DNA of 64,000 nt from an uncultured Gammaproteobacteria bacterium (GTDB lineage: Bacteria; Pseudomonadota; Gammaproteobacteria; UBA9214): NCBI GenBank assembly GCA_963827755.1, contig CAWHCQ010000031.1, forward strand, positions 59,799 to 123,798, written 5' to 3'. The position numbers were made by a program, and so were the translations under genes. Each line of letters opens with the position of its first letter. Positions within the stretch are counted from its first letter, which is position 1. The notes beneath the pieces are model-generated. The model saw only the letters and a program-made list of their open reading frames with translations. It did not search any database and was not told where the DNA came from. This document shows, in pieces, positions 31,140 through 40,590 of the stretch.

Positions 31140-33287
31140 ATGAAATTCTTTTCCGGCATATCAATACGGCACAAGGTCACACTGCTAATCGTGGCCATCA
31201 GTTCCGTGTCCCTGCTGCTTGCAAGCATCGCCTTTATAGCCACGGACAGACTGAATACCCGAAACCTGATCGGCAGCAATCTTCATACCATGGCGGATAT
31301 TATCGCCGCCAACAGCAGTGCGGCGCTGCTGTTTGGTGATACCCGGGCAGCAGAGGAGAATCTCGGCTTCCTGGAGGCCCAGGAACATATCGAGGTAGCG
31401 GCTCTCTTCGGGATCGACGGGGAAATGTTTGCCAGCTACCTGAAACCGGGATTCAGTGCCGACCTGCCCGGGCTGGAGCATAAAAATACCGACCTGCTCT
31501 TCCGGGACAATTTCGTTGAGTTATACAGAAATATCACCCATGAGGGTGAAACTATCGGCGTTGCATATATCCGCTCCGACATGAAGGCCTTGCAAGACCG
31601 GCTCGCATGGTTCATGGCAATCGTCTGCACCGTGCTGCTGGCCTCCCTGACAGTGACCTTGACGATGAGTACGCAGATGCAGCACATCATCACCGATCCG
31701 TTGCTGCGGCTTTCTGCTATCGCGCGACAAATCTCCGCGGAGAAAAACTACTCGCTGCGGGTTATCGGTGAAGGAAATGATGAGCTCGGACACCTGATTA
31801 TCGACTTCAACAGGATGCTCGATGAAATCCAGCTGCGCGACAACAAGCTCAAGTACCACAGGATGCAACTGGAAGAACGTGTCGCCATGCGCACAAAAGA
31901 ACTCGAGGAAAGCAACAGCCAGCTCGCACTCTCGAAAAAGAGCGCGGAAACAATTGCGAAACGCATGGAGTACCACGCCCACCATGATGACCTGACCGGA
32001 CTACCGAACCGCACATTGCTGAATGACCGTATAAATTCCGAGCTCGCGCATGCGCGGCGTCAGCAGTCAATGATGGGGCTGCTCTTCCTCGACCTCGATC
32101 GTTTCAAGATTATCAATGATTCACTCGGTCATGCAGTCGGAGACCAGTTGCTGCGCGTCATATCCCGCCGTCTCAAGAACTGTGTCCGGGAGGAAGACAC
32201 TGTTGCAAGGCTGGGTGGTGACGAGTTCCTCATTTTACTGCCACGCATAAGCAGTTCGTCGGATGCAGGGCGCGTTGGAAGAAAGATTATCGACACCCTG
32301 GTCGAACCTATCAGTTGTAACGGTAACGAACTCAGCATCACAACCAGCATCGGCATCAGCATCTATCCGTTTGACAGCACCGATGGCGACACCCTGATCA
32401 AGAACGCAGACATCAGTATGTATCGCGCAAAGGAACTGGGGCGCAACAAGATTGTTTATTACACGGCTGAAATGAATGCAGGATCGCGCAAGAAGCTTGC
32501 TCTTGAAACAAACCTCAGAAAGGCGGTGGACAAGGGCGAACTAATGCTTCACTACCAGCCAAAAATCAATACCGCTGACAATACAGTTGTCGGTGTCGAG
32601 GCCTTGCTGCGCTGGAATCATCCCACGATGGGCGCGATCAGTCCGGCCGAGTTCATTCCGGTTGCCGAAGACAGCGGCCTGATTATACCGATTGGAAAAT
32701 GGGTAATTGAAACAGCCTTCAAACAGCTCAGGCAATGGCATGATGCCGGTCATGATCAACTCACCATGGCCGTCAATATTTCATCCGCCCAGATGTCGCG
32801 CTCCGGGCTCGTTAAAATTATCAGCGATGCACTTTCCGATGCAGGCATCGAACCCGGGAAGGTAGAGCTGGAAGTTACTGAAAACGTGGCAATGCAGGAT
32901 ATCAACTCGGCAATTACCACCCTCGAAAAGCTCAAGAATACCGGTATTAATATTGCCATGGATGACTTCGGCACGGGTTATTCGTCACTCGGTTATCTGC
33001 ACAAATTGCCCATTGACATTGTAAAGATCGACCAGTCATTCGTCCGCGACATTCCTGACAGCAAGGAAGGCATCCTGATTGCCCAGGCCATTATCGCCAT
33101 GGCGCAGAGTCTCAACCTGTCACTGGTTGTTGAAGGTATAGAAAACGTCAAGCAACTGAATTATTTCAAACAACAGGGCTGTGACGTCATGCAGGGCTTT
33201 CTGTTCAGCAAGCCGGTGGAGGCCGACGAGATCCTGGGAATGCTCGACACCCGGCATGCCCCGGGCGTCTTCAACATGGTGAAATAA
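31140..33287 (+). CDS. Membrane sensor with HAMP, GGDEF and EAL domains
   Basis: Two TM helices, HAMP (DELG), RLGGDEF with upstream RxxD, EALLRW, DDFGTGYSS. Confidence 0.95.
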   Translation: MKFFSGISIRHKVTLLIVAISSVSLLLASIAFIATDRLNTRNLIGSNLHTMADIIAANSSAALLFGDTRAAEENLGFLEAQEHIEVAALFGIDGEMFASYLKPGFSADLPGLEHKNTDLLFRDNFVELYRNITHEGETIGVAYIRSDMKALQDRLAWFMAIVCTVLLASLTVTLTMSTQMQHIITDPLLRLSAIARQISAEKNYSLRVIGEGNDELGHLIIDFNRMLDEIQLRDNKLKYHRMQLEERVAMRTKELEESNSQLALSKKSAETIAKRMEYHAHHDDLTGLPNRTLLNDRINSELAHARRQQSMMGLLFLDLDRFKIINDSLGHAVGDQLLRVISRRLKNCVREEDTVARLGGDEFLILLPRISSSSDAGRVGRKIIDTLVEPISCNGNELSITTSIGISIYPFDSTDGDTLIKNADISMYRAKELGRNKIVYYTAEMNAGSRKKLALETNLRKAVDKGELMLHYQPKINTADNTVVGVEALLRWNHPTMGAISPAEFIPVAEDSGLIIPIGKWVIETAFKQLRQWHDAGHDQLTMAVNISSAQMSRSGLVKIISDALSDAGIEPGKVELEVTENVAMQDINSAITTLEKLKNTGINIAMDDFGTGYSSLGYLHKLPIDIVKIDQSFVRDIPDSKEGILIAQAIIAMAQSLNLSLVVEGIENVKQLNYFKQQGCDVMQGFLFSKPVEADEILGMLDTRHAPGVFNMVK

Positions 33288-33293
33288 ACCCGA

Positions 33294-33584
33294 CTAGCGT
33301 GTTTCGGCAGGCTGTTTTGGAACATCCCCGCCTTGAGGCAGCACCGGTGGCGATATGTAGAAGGGCCCGCGATAGGGACCTGCCAGAATCGGGCTGTAGG
33401 GATATGCCTGGTATATTCCCGGACCAAAACCCACGGGTGGCGGTGGACCCCTGTAGAAATCAGAGCGGTTATTGCTGCTCCCGCCAAAGGAAAAACAGAA
33501 CCCGAACGCCCCGGCTGCCGAACTCCACGCCAACAGGGCGATCAGGGTGAGCGCGACGGGCAGATCTGCGGCCTTCATTGACAT
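33294..33584 (-). CDS. Small secreted Gly/Pro/Tyr-rich protein (Sgp-like candidate)
   Basis: Signal peptide ending AGA, then FGFCFSFGG and a P/Y/G-rich tail. Confidence 0.55.
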   Translation of the reverse strand: MSMKAADLPVALTLIALLAWSSAAGAFGFCFSFGGSSNNRSDFYRGPPPPVGFGPGIYQAYPYSPILAGPYRGPFYISPPVLPQGGDVPKQPAETR

Positions 33585-33591
33585 ACGCCCC

Positions 33592-33936
33592 CTACATCAA
33601 ACGATATGGTGTTTCATCCCCGAGATTCAGCACCCGTGACACAATCCCCAACGCCTCTTCGACAAACGGTTCAAGGCTGCCCCATTCAGTGGAGCTGCCA
33701 ATAATCTCCGCGCCATCCCTCATGATGATACGCATCGAATATTCGCGCTTCGGGTCGGCCGCCTTCTCGGCGGTTATATACAGGCCCGGCTCCGGGTCCT
33801 GTCCCTGTACAACGGCAAGAATATACTGGTAATCAACGCCATCGCTGCTGTCGATCTCGCCCAGCACGACAATTGAAAACTCACCCAGCTTGTAGCGACG
33901 CCTGGGTATTGCAGTTTTGAAAACGGGTTTGTTCAC
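33592..33936 (-). CDS. Hypothetical protein
   Basis: GTG start after AGGA; NKPVFKTAIPRRRYKLGEF...ETPYRLM. Confidence 0.7.
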   Translation of the reverse strand: MNKPVFKTAIPRRRYKLGEFSIVVLGEIDSSDGVDYQYILAVVQGQDPEPGLYITAEKAADPKREYSMRIIMRDGAEIIGSSTEWGSLEPFVEEALGIVSRVLNLGDETPYRLM

Positions 33937-34065
33937 ACATCTGATCCTGATTGTCCCTGCAAGACAGGGTATCATTAACGCTGGCGCCTTCAAGCAGAAT
34001 CGCGCAATGTCTTTAACGGTGTGCCCTGCAAGCCATTCTATAACGGAAAATATTGCGGAAAACCC

Positions 34066-34195
34066 ATGACAGACCTGATCTGCCCCTTCAGTGCCACGCT
34101 TGTAAAGGATGATTCCGGCTGCCGCCGTGCCAGCTGGATCATTCGCCACGGCGGCAGCGAAATCGCATGCAACTCTGCGCACGCGCAAATAAAAT
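34066..34195 (+). pseudogene. Truncated paralog of the Cys-motif protein at 39286
   Basis: MTDLICPFSATLVKDDSGCRRASWIIRHGGSEIACNSA has the same C-x12-C-x15-C-xSA spacing; similarity then stops. Confidence 0.6.
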
Positions 34196-34326
34196 GGTCT
34201 ATTGCCCGGCAAACCCGTTATCGAAACTCCCCGACAGAAATCACTAACAAGAACATCCCCGCAAAATCCAGTAAATTACCGCAGGAGCCAGCGCGAGCTG
34301 GCGAAGGTTTTATAGAATATAAAAAG

Positions 34327-34761
34327 GGCTCTTCCCCAAATCGAGTGGGTAGATTACCGTTGTAGGGCCGAATTCATTCGTTGTAGGGCCGAATTCATTC
34401 GGCCAACAGCCATTATCGCCACTGGAGACAAGCAGGTCACCATGTCCTGTGACGCATTTGTAGGGCCGAATTCATTCGGCCAACCGGCCTACGACGCATT
34501 GCGCAGGAGGTGTCATTCCCTGCACCATCAAGTCTATTGCATCACCACGGTTACCCGCGGTCGTCACCTTTGGATGTGTGATGACGATGAAACACCGCTG
34601 GTCGAATGAATTCGACCCTACAGGGCGCTATGGGACACACCGCTGGTCGAATGAATTCGACCCTACGGCAGGGCCAAATTCATGCGGCCAACAACCTTGC
34701 CATCAGAAGGAATGTGTCTCGTCTAAATTGATGTGTTACCCACTCAATCAGGGGAAGAGCC
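34327..34761. mobile_element. Non-autonomous TIR element carrying six family B REPs and a RAYT-like remnant
   Basis: TIRs GGCTCTTCCCCAAATCGAGTGGGTA / TACCCACTCAATCAGGGGAAGAGCC; perfect 8-bp flanking duplication ATAAAAAG (34319-26, 34762-69). Confidence 0.85.
34442..34609 (+). pseudogene. Internally deleted REP-associated tyrosine transposase (RAYT)-like remnant
   Basis: 55-aa ORF containing ALRRRCHSLHHQVYCITTVTRGR, resembling the RAYT N-terminus; flanked by inverted GTAG REP clusters; HUH motif absent. Confidence 0.65.
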
Positions 34762-34969
34762 ATAAAAAGATTCGCAAGCTGGCGCTCGCTCCTGCGGAAA
34801 TGAAAGGTCCCTGTCATTGGCGTGCAAAGACGCAGGGGCGCCAAGAAAAAATATCTGTGAAAAGCCCGAACATCCTTTGCAATCTCATCAACATCCGCGA
34901 TGAATCGCAGACGACTGGCCAGCATTCAGGCGGGGAACAATCACTCGAAGTATGTTCCTCTCCTTAAGG

Positions 34970-36202
34970 CTACCTTACATAGTAGCGTATCAGCCTGCCC
35001 ACGGTGAGACCCTGCACAAGGATCGAGAACACGACCACCACATAGGTAACCGGCAGGATAATATCCCTTGCCTCACCTGGTGGTAATGACAGTGCCAGTG
35101 CGACGGAAATGCCACCACGCAAGCCACCCCAGGTCATAATCCTGGTTACCCCGGCGGTAAACCTGTGTGATGCCTTTAATACAAAAACGGGTATCACGAC
35201 GCTGATGAATCGTGCCAGCAGGATAACGAAAATCATGATCACTCCGGCAATCATGATATCGCCGCTGAAGCTCAGCACCAGCACTTCAAAACCGATCAAA
35301 ACAAAAAGCACCGCATTCAGAATCTCATCGATCAGTTCCCAGAAGGTATCCAGATGCTCGCGGGTCCTGTCTGACATGGCAAATGCACGCCCGTGATTAC
35401 CGATCAACAGGCCGGAAACGACCATCGCAATTGGCCCGGAGACGTGAATAACCCCGGCAATTGCATAGCCACCGGCTACCAGCGCCAGCGTAATCAGAAT
35501 CTCGACGGTGTAATTATCAACCCCCCTGAGCATCAGGAAGGCCAGGTAGCCGATGGCGAGCCCGAAAACAACGCCGCCAACCGCCTCTTCAAGGAATAGC
35601 ATGCCAATATGGCTGGCCGTGACTTCATCGCCACCCACAGCAATACCCAGCAGGATGATAAAAACAACCACCGCAACGCCGTCATTAAACAGGGACTCGC
35701 CTGCAATCTTGGTTTCCAGCGATGCCGGGGCACCGGCGGTTTTCAGAATTGCCAGCACGGCAATCGGATCGGTCGGCGATATCAGCGAACCAAACAGCAA
35801 ACACCAGATCATGTCGATATGAAAACCGAGCATGCCGAGAATCCACCAGGATGAAATACCCACCAGGAAGGTCGAAATGAGGAGTCCCACGGTTGCCAGG
35901 GATGTGATCACCCATTTCTGGTTCGACAGGCTGTCAAGATCTACATGCAGGGCGCCGGCAAACAACAGAAAGGACAACATGCCCTGCATCAGGGTCTGGT
36001 TGAAATCGATACTCTTGAGGATTGCCTCTGCCTGTGATTCGATATCCAGGCCCACGGCATGCAGACCGATGATGGCCAGCGACATTAACAGGGAAAAAAA
36101 CATCAGCCCGATCGTGGTTGGCAGCTTCAGTGTCTTGTAGTTAAGAAAACTGAAGATGGCCGCCAGGGTCAGCATGAGTGCGATGATCTGGAATACGCTC
36201 AT
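34970..36202 (-). CDS. Na+/H+ antiporter, CPA1/NhaP family
   Basis: ISPTDPIAV, GESLFNDG, GGLRGGISVALAL. Confidence 0.95.
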   Translation of the reverse strand: MSVFQIIALMLTLAAIFSFLNYKTLKLPTTIGLMFFSLLMSLAIIGLHAVGLDIESQAEAILKSIDFNQTLMQGMLSFLLFAGALHVDLDSLSNQKWVITSLATVGLLISTFLVGISSWWILGMLGFHIDMIWCLLFGSLISPTDPIAVLAILKTAGAPASLETKIAGESLFNDGVAVVVFIILLGIAVGGDEVTASHIGMLFLEEAVGGVVFGLAIGYLAFLMLRGVDNYTVEILITLALVAGGYAIAGVIHVSGPIAMVVSGLLIGNHGRAFAMSDRTREHLDTFWELIDEILNAVLFVLIGFEVLVLSFSGDIMIAGVIMIFVILLARFISVVIPVFVLKASHRFTAGVTRIMTWGGLRGGISVALALSLPPGEARDIILPVTYVVVVFSILVQGLTVGRLIRYYVR

Positions 36203-36223
36203 AATTGTATTACCGTGTACGCC

Positions 36224-37876
36224 CTAGATCGAACAGGCAATGTTGCCGAGGCGTTCGCTCAACAACATGTTCTCGCGGTAATCGATCGGCACGACCACCA
36301 GGCTGGGCCCCTTCTCATCCAGCGCCTGGCGCAATACACCGGCGAGCTCGCGGCTGTCGTTCACACTGTGCCCCGACCAGCCAAATGACTGCGCCAGCAG
36401 CATCCAGTCCGGATTGCCAAATGAAAGGTCCGTGTGTTTGCCGAATTCGCCTTGCTGCTTCCAGGCAATCAGGCCGTAGGCGTGGTCCTCCCAGACCATC
36501 ACCACGATATCTGAATCGAGTCGCCTGGCCGTTTCCATTTCCTGCATATTCATGAGAAAACCGGCGTCCCCGCATATGGCCATCACCTTGCGCTTCGGGA
36601 ATACCATATCGGCGGCGATGACACCCGGCAATGCAAAACCCATGGAACAGAAACCGTTGGGTATCAGGCAGGTATTCGGCTCATGGCACTGGTAATAACG
36701 TGCAATCCACATCTTGTGGGCCCCGACATCGGACAACAGTATGTCGTGCGGCCCCATGGCCTGGCGAACATCCCATAAAACCTTCTGTGGACGTATCGTC
36801 CCCCTGGTGTCGTCATCCCTGTGCTCTGCAAACTCTTCTTTCATTGTCTGGCGCAACGCTGCCTGTTCCCTGGAATCAAACTTCAGGCCGCCGGCTTTTT
36901 CGACACGCTCGTTCAACATCCACAGCGAGTGTGCCAGGTCCCCCACCAGCTCGGTTCCCGGGTGATAGTGGCTGTCGATCTCGGCCGGCAGAAAGTCCGC
37001 ATGTATGATTTCCTTGCCCCGGGTGGCATTCCACAGGCTCGGGGGGTATTCGACCATGTCATAGCCAAGCGTTATCACCAGGTCAGCGTCTTCCAGGCCA
37101 AACTCGACCACATCCCTGGACTGCAGACCGATGGTATAGAGGCAGTAATCGGCATCCATATCGACACAGCCTTTCGCCATGAATGTGCTGATCACACCGA
37201 TCCCGGTGCTTTCACAGAAAAGCCTCAATTGCTTGCTTGCGCGTTTGCGGATGCAGCCATTACCCGCGATGATATACGGACGCCTGGCATTGCAAATCAG
37301 CTCAAAGGCCTGGTCGACGATCTTGTCATCAGCTACCGGTCGACGGAAACGCTTCGGTTTCAGCGGCAGGTTTTCGGTCTGCAGTTTCGCAATGTCCTCC
37401 GGCAACTCGATCAGACAGGCACCGGGTTTTTCAGTGCGGGCAAGCCGCACGGCCTTGCGCACGATTTCCGGAATAGTATCCTGGTGCAGCACGGTCATGG
37501 CCCACTTGGTGACCGGCTCGAACATGGCAACCACATCCATGATCTGGTGGGATTCCTTGTGCAGGCGGGTTGATGCGCCCTGCCCGGTCAATACCAGCAT
37601 GGGTGCGCGGTCCATATTGGCATCCGCTACACCGGTGATCAGGTTGGTTGCACCGGGTCCCAGTGTCGCCAGGCAGGCGGCAGGGTTACCCGTAAGGCGG
37701 CCATAGACCTCTGCCATGAAGGCAGCGCCCTGTTCATGGCGGGTCAGGATGAATTTTATTTTCCCGGACTCCTCCAGCGAGATCATGAAATCGGCATTTT
37801 CCTCCCCCGGAATACCGAAAATATATTCGATCCCCTCCTCTTCCAGGCACCGGATAAACAGGTCTGATGCTTTCAT
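36224..37876 (-). CDS. Acetolactate synthase large subunit-like TPP enzyme
   Basis: FGIPGEEN, RHEQGAAFMA, GDAGFLMN TPP motif; no small subunit adjacent. Confidence 0.92.
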   Translation of the reverse strand: MKASDLFIRCLEEEGIEYIFGIPGEENADFMISLEESGKIKFILTRHEQGAAFMAEVYGRLTGNPAACLATLGPGATNLITGVADANMDRAPMLVLTGQGASTRLHKESHQIMDVVAMFEPVTKWAMTVLHQDTIPEIVRKAVRLARTEKPGACLIELPEDIAKLQTENLPLKPKRFRRPVADDKIVDQAFELICNARRPYIIAGNGCIRKRASKQLRLFCESTGIGVISTFMAKGCVDMDADYCLYTIGLQSRDVVEFGLEDADLVITLGYDMVEYPPSLWNATRGKEIIHADFLPAEIDSHYHPGTELVGDLAHSLWMLNERVEKAGGLKFDSREQAALRQTMKEEFAEHRDDDTRGTIRPQKVLWDVRQAMGPHDILLSDVGAHKMWIARYYQCHEPNTCLIPNGFCSMGFALPGVIAADMVFPKRKVMAICGDAGFLMNMQEMETARRLDSDIVVMVWEDHAYGLIAWKQQGEFGKHTDLSFGNPDWMLLAQSFGWSGHSVNDSRELAGVLRQALDEKGPSLVVVPIDYRENMLLSERLGNIACSI

Positions 37877-38048
37877 AAACCTTTCCTCGATATCATCGTT
37901 TCACTCCACCCACTCAATAATACCTGCATGGATCAGCTCAATGAACTTCATCAGGGAAAAGCAAACCGGAATAGCCGGCTGGCAGAAAGACTTGCTCTAT
38001 TCACCACGCCATGAACATGACACAGACAGTTGCCGTGCCAGGGAGGAT

Positions 38049-38450
38049 TCAATCCGTACGCTCGGACTCCCGCCAGGCAAAGGCGCAATCAAGGTGGGTA
38101 CGCACGGTAATCAGCCCTTCGAGGCCGTCTTCAATCATGATTTCAATCGGCCGGCGCCTGCGCAGGCGTTTGCAGGGCTGCTTCAGCCAGAGCAAACCGA
38201 TATTGGCATTACGGGGAAAAGTCGTTCGCAGCGCGTCGGCGATACCGAGCAGGTGTTCGACGCGCTTCAAAATCGCCGGGTCATCCGGCAGCGGGGTATC
38301 GTTCTGGTATTTCTGCAACTTGCGCGACGGCATACCCTCCGGCAAGGCAAGAATAGTAACCTGGTCTGATCCCTTGATCTCCCACTCGTCGAGAGTGTTC
38401 AGAACCATGCGGCCAAGTTCGACGCGATCATCAGACGATAGTGTTGACAT
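38049..38450 (-). CDS. Xre/MbcA/ParS-like (DUF2384-type) domain protein
   Basis: HLLGIADAL...LWLKQP...PIEIMIEDGLEGLITVRTHLD resembles the antitoxin C-terminal domain. Confidence 0.65.
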   Translation of the reverse strand: MSTLSSDDRVELGRMVLNTLDEWEIKGSDQVTILALPEGMPSRKLQKYQNDTPLPDDPAILKRVEHLLGIADALRTTFPRNANIGLLWLKQPCKRLRRRRPIEIMIEDGLEGLITVRTHLDCAFAWRESERTD

Positions 38451-38692
38451 GTTTTCCTGCCCGGTTGCGCCGAAATGGGTATCAGCTGGTTGAGATATGT
38501 AAATTCTAGCATGTATCGGTTGCACGAGCGGCAAAAGCACCGGTGTTGGCTCCTCATTCAACCTTCTTTTATATAAGTTTATTTCCGGCTACGCTGCATA
38601 TCAGCCAATCGTTTACATGCGCCGCGCGATGGTTTGTTATGATCTGGCAATACCCGCATACACCCGTTTAACCGGCTGAACACACCTGCATT

Positions 38693-38989
38693 ATGGAATC
38701 GCTCGCATTTCTTCTGTTCCTGGTATTACTGGTGTGGTTCTGGAAAGCCAGCCTGGAAAGCCGCGACCTGGCAATAAGGGTGGCCCGCGAAACCTGCAAA
38801 CACAACAATATCCAGTTCCTTGATGGCAGCGCCTCGCTGCAAAACATAAGACCGTTCTATTCGCGCAACAGCGGTCCGGGGCTCAAACGAACCTATACCT
38901 TTGACTACAGTGACGATGGCATCTCGCGCCAGACCGGCTGTATCATGATGGAAAATATGCAAATCACTACAGTGCTCCTCGAGGACTGA
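38693..38989 (+). CDS. DUF3301-like membrane-anchored protein
   Basis: N-terminal TM, QFLD, RTYTFDYS..G..R.TG. Confidence 0.75.
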   Translation: MESLAFLLFLVLLVWFWKASLESRDLAIRVARETCKHNNIQFLDGSASLQNIRPFYSRNSGPGLKRTYTFDYSDDGISRQTGCIMMENMQITTVLLED

Positions 38990-39023
38990 TACAATTGAAC
39001 CGGTAGAGAACAGGATCCAGAAC

Positions 39024-39263
39024 ATGCCTTACTATATCTACATACTTACCGTCAAAGACGGGGCCAACATGAAATCGGCGGACCTGGTCAATGAATTTGA
39101 AAAGTTCAAGGCCGCCAGGGCCGAGGTAAAACAGTTGCGCGCCGAAAAGCCCCTGAATGATGAACAGTCATACAAAATTATTTTTGCCGACAACCAGGCG
39201 GAAGCTGAAAAGATGGCGACTGAAATCAGGGAAGAACCCATTGCCAGGGAATGGGAAAAATAA
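39024..39263 (+). CDS. Small hypothetical protein
   Basis: 79 aa with AGGA RBS; MPYYIY, KIIFA, REWEK. Confidence 0.7.
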   Translation: MPYYIYILTVKDGANMKSADLVNEFEKFKAARAEVKQLRAEKPLNDEQSYKIIFADNQAEAEKMATEIREEPIAREWEK

Positions 39264-39285
39264 CCGGCGTTAAACTTCAAACCTG

Positions 39286-39744
39286 ATGGAAGAGCAGGAA
39301 TACAAAAACACCTACCAGACTGTAAACAAGCGTCGCTGCGTTTATGAGAAGGCCATCAATTCCCGGCGCTGCAGTTGTACCAGGAGTCACCGCTTCAACC
39401 TCGCAGACCGTGAAGGCGTCGCATGCAAGAGCGCCACGGGTATTGCACTGTGCACTGAATTCCTTAATACCCTGCGGAGCAAAGCCCGTTTTTCCCTGCA
39501 TTTAACACATTCAGACAAGCCGCTGCCACATGCCAAGGAGATCAGGGTACAAACAGGTGGCCTGCTGGGCTTGCAGGAACTGCTTGATCCCGGGAAGGCA
39601 GATAGCACCAATGCAGAAAATATTATCGGCATGCTTGATACGGCAATACAGCGCTACGAACGCCTGCAAAACCTCCCGTATAACATTATCATCCAGGGCG
39701 TGGTCAGCTTCGAGGGCCGCAAGAAACGGCAACGCAGCGACTGA
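39286..39744 (+). CDS. Hypothetical Cys-motif protein
   Basis: C-x12-C-x15-C-x8-C; LPHAK..GGLLGL. Confidence 0.75.
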   Translation: MEEQEYKNTYQTVNKRRCVYEKAINSRRCSCTRSHRFNLADREGVACKSATGIALCTEFLNTLRSKARFSLHLTHSDKPLPHAKEIRVQTGGLLGLQELLDPGKADSTNAENIIGMLDTAIQRYERLQNLPYNIIIQGVVSFEGRKKRQRSD

Positions 39745-40539
39745 TCAACGCTGCTCCAGCCAGTTGATCTCCTCTGCAGTGACTTGTCCGATAACAGTTC
39801 GTTTCAAGGATCCTGGAATTTCAGAATTCGTGCGTGATACCGGTATCCTGCCACCCATGATTTCAGCCATGGACTGTGGATACAGGGGTTTGAGCTCCGG
39901 TTGTGCGTAACCTTGCGGGTAAAGCGGCTGCGCATTGACCGCTTCATACTTGTCGGTGGCGCCCAGGGTGTGCAGCAATTCATGGGCAATCACGACATTA
40001 TTACTCGCCGTATAGGACTTGCTGGCAAAGGCGTTGACAACTCCGATCAGGCCTTCCTTCAGGCCGAGGGAATGAGCAAGGCGGGGCTGTTCGGCCGGGT
40101 CATGGTAGACCACGTAGATTCGAATATCGGCCGGGGGCCCGTCCACGCCCAGGCCGCTGCGCATCGCCCAGAACCTGAGCTTCAGGCTCCACCAAACCAC
40201 GGCGAGGACATTGCCCTCTCCTGGCGGGACCGGCGGCGATGTTTCTATCTCCGGCCCCAGCCTGACTTTCAGCAAGTCCTTCCCCGCCTTGCCGTAACGA
40301 ACTGCCTGCCGGGAGAAATATTCCTCCAGCGGGGAAAAGGCATTATTGTCAAGCTGCGAAATGTAGGCACCGGTTACACGCCCGCCATCCGCGTTGATCG
40401 GGTAGACCGCGGCCCACAGGGCATCATCCCAGTCGGTTGCCCGGCTGTTTGCCAGCCAGGCATCACCCGCTACCAGCAGCAGAATAAAAAGCAGGAATAC
40501 AATACGCAACTGCCTGAATAAAGGGCTGGATATCATCAA
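39745..40539 (-). CDS. Membrane-anchored putative zinc metallopeptidase
   Basis: HELLHTLGATDKY (HExxH), EIMGG Met-turn-like motif; N-terminal TM. Confidence 0.75.
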   Translation of the reverse strand: MMISSPLFRQLRIVFLLFILLLVAGDAWLANSRATDWDDALWAAVYPINADGGRVTGAYISQLDNNAFSPLEEYFSRQAVRYGKAGKDLLKVRLGPEIETSPPVPPGEGNVLAVVWWSLKLRFWAMRSGLGVDGPPADIRIYVVYHDPAEQPRLAHSLGLKEGLIGVVNAFASKSYTASNNVVIAHELLHTLGATDKYEAVNAQPLYPQGYAQPELKPLYPQSMAEIMGGRIPVSRTNSEIPGSLKRTVIGQVTAEEINWLEQR

Positions 40540-40590
40540 CGCCCCCCTGTTATCCCGGGATGAGATTGCATGGGCTTTTTCAGCAGACTG

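Larger units (their letters stand above)
34281..34795. repeat. Family A REP doublet split by the TIR element
   Basis: GCAGGAGCCAGCGCGAGCTGGCGAA (34281-34305) and TTCGCAAGCTGGCGCTCGCTCCTGC (34771-34795). Confidence 0.72.

Noticed and set aside
34362-34689. CRISPR array interpretation of the short repeats
   Set aside because: Repeats occur in both orientations with irregular spacing, start with GTAG plus a palindrome (REP-like), and no cas genes are present
34578-34967. ORFs 34578..34967 (repeated HRWSNEFDPT) and 34680..34925
   Set aside because: Read-through of REP and TIR sequence; no protein motifs
37908-37962. ACCCACTCAAT...ATCAGGGAAAAGC resembling the right end of the TIR element
   Set aside because: Short interrupted match with no left end or target duplication; may be chance
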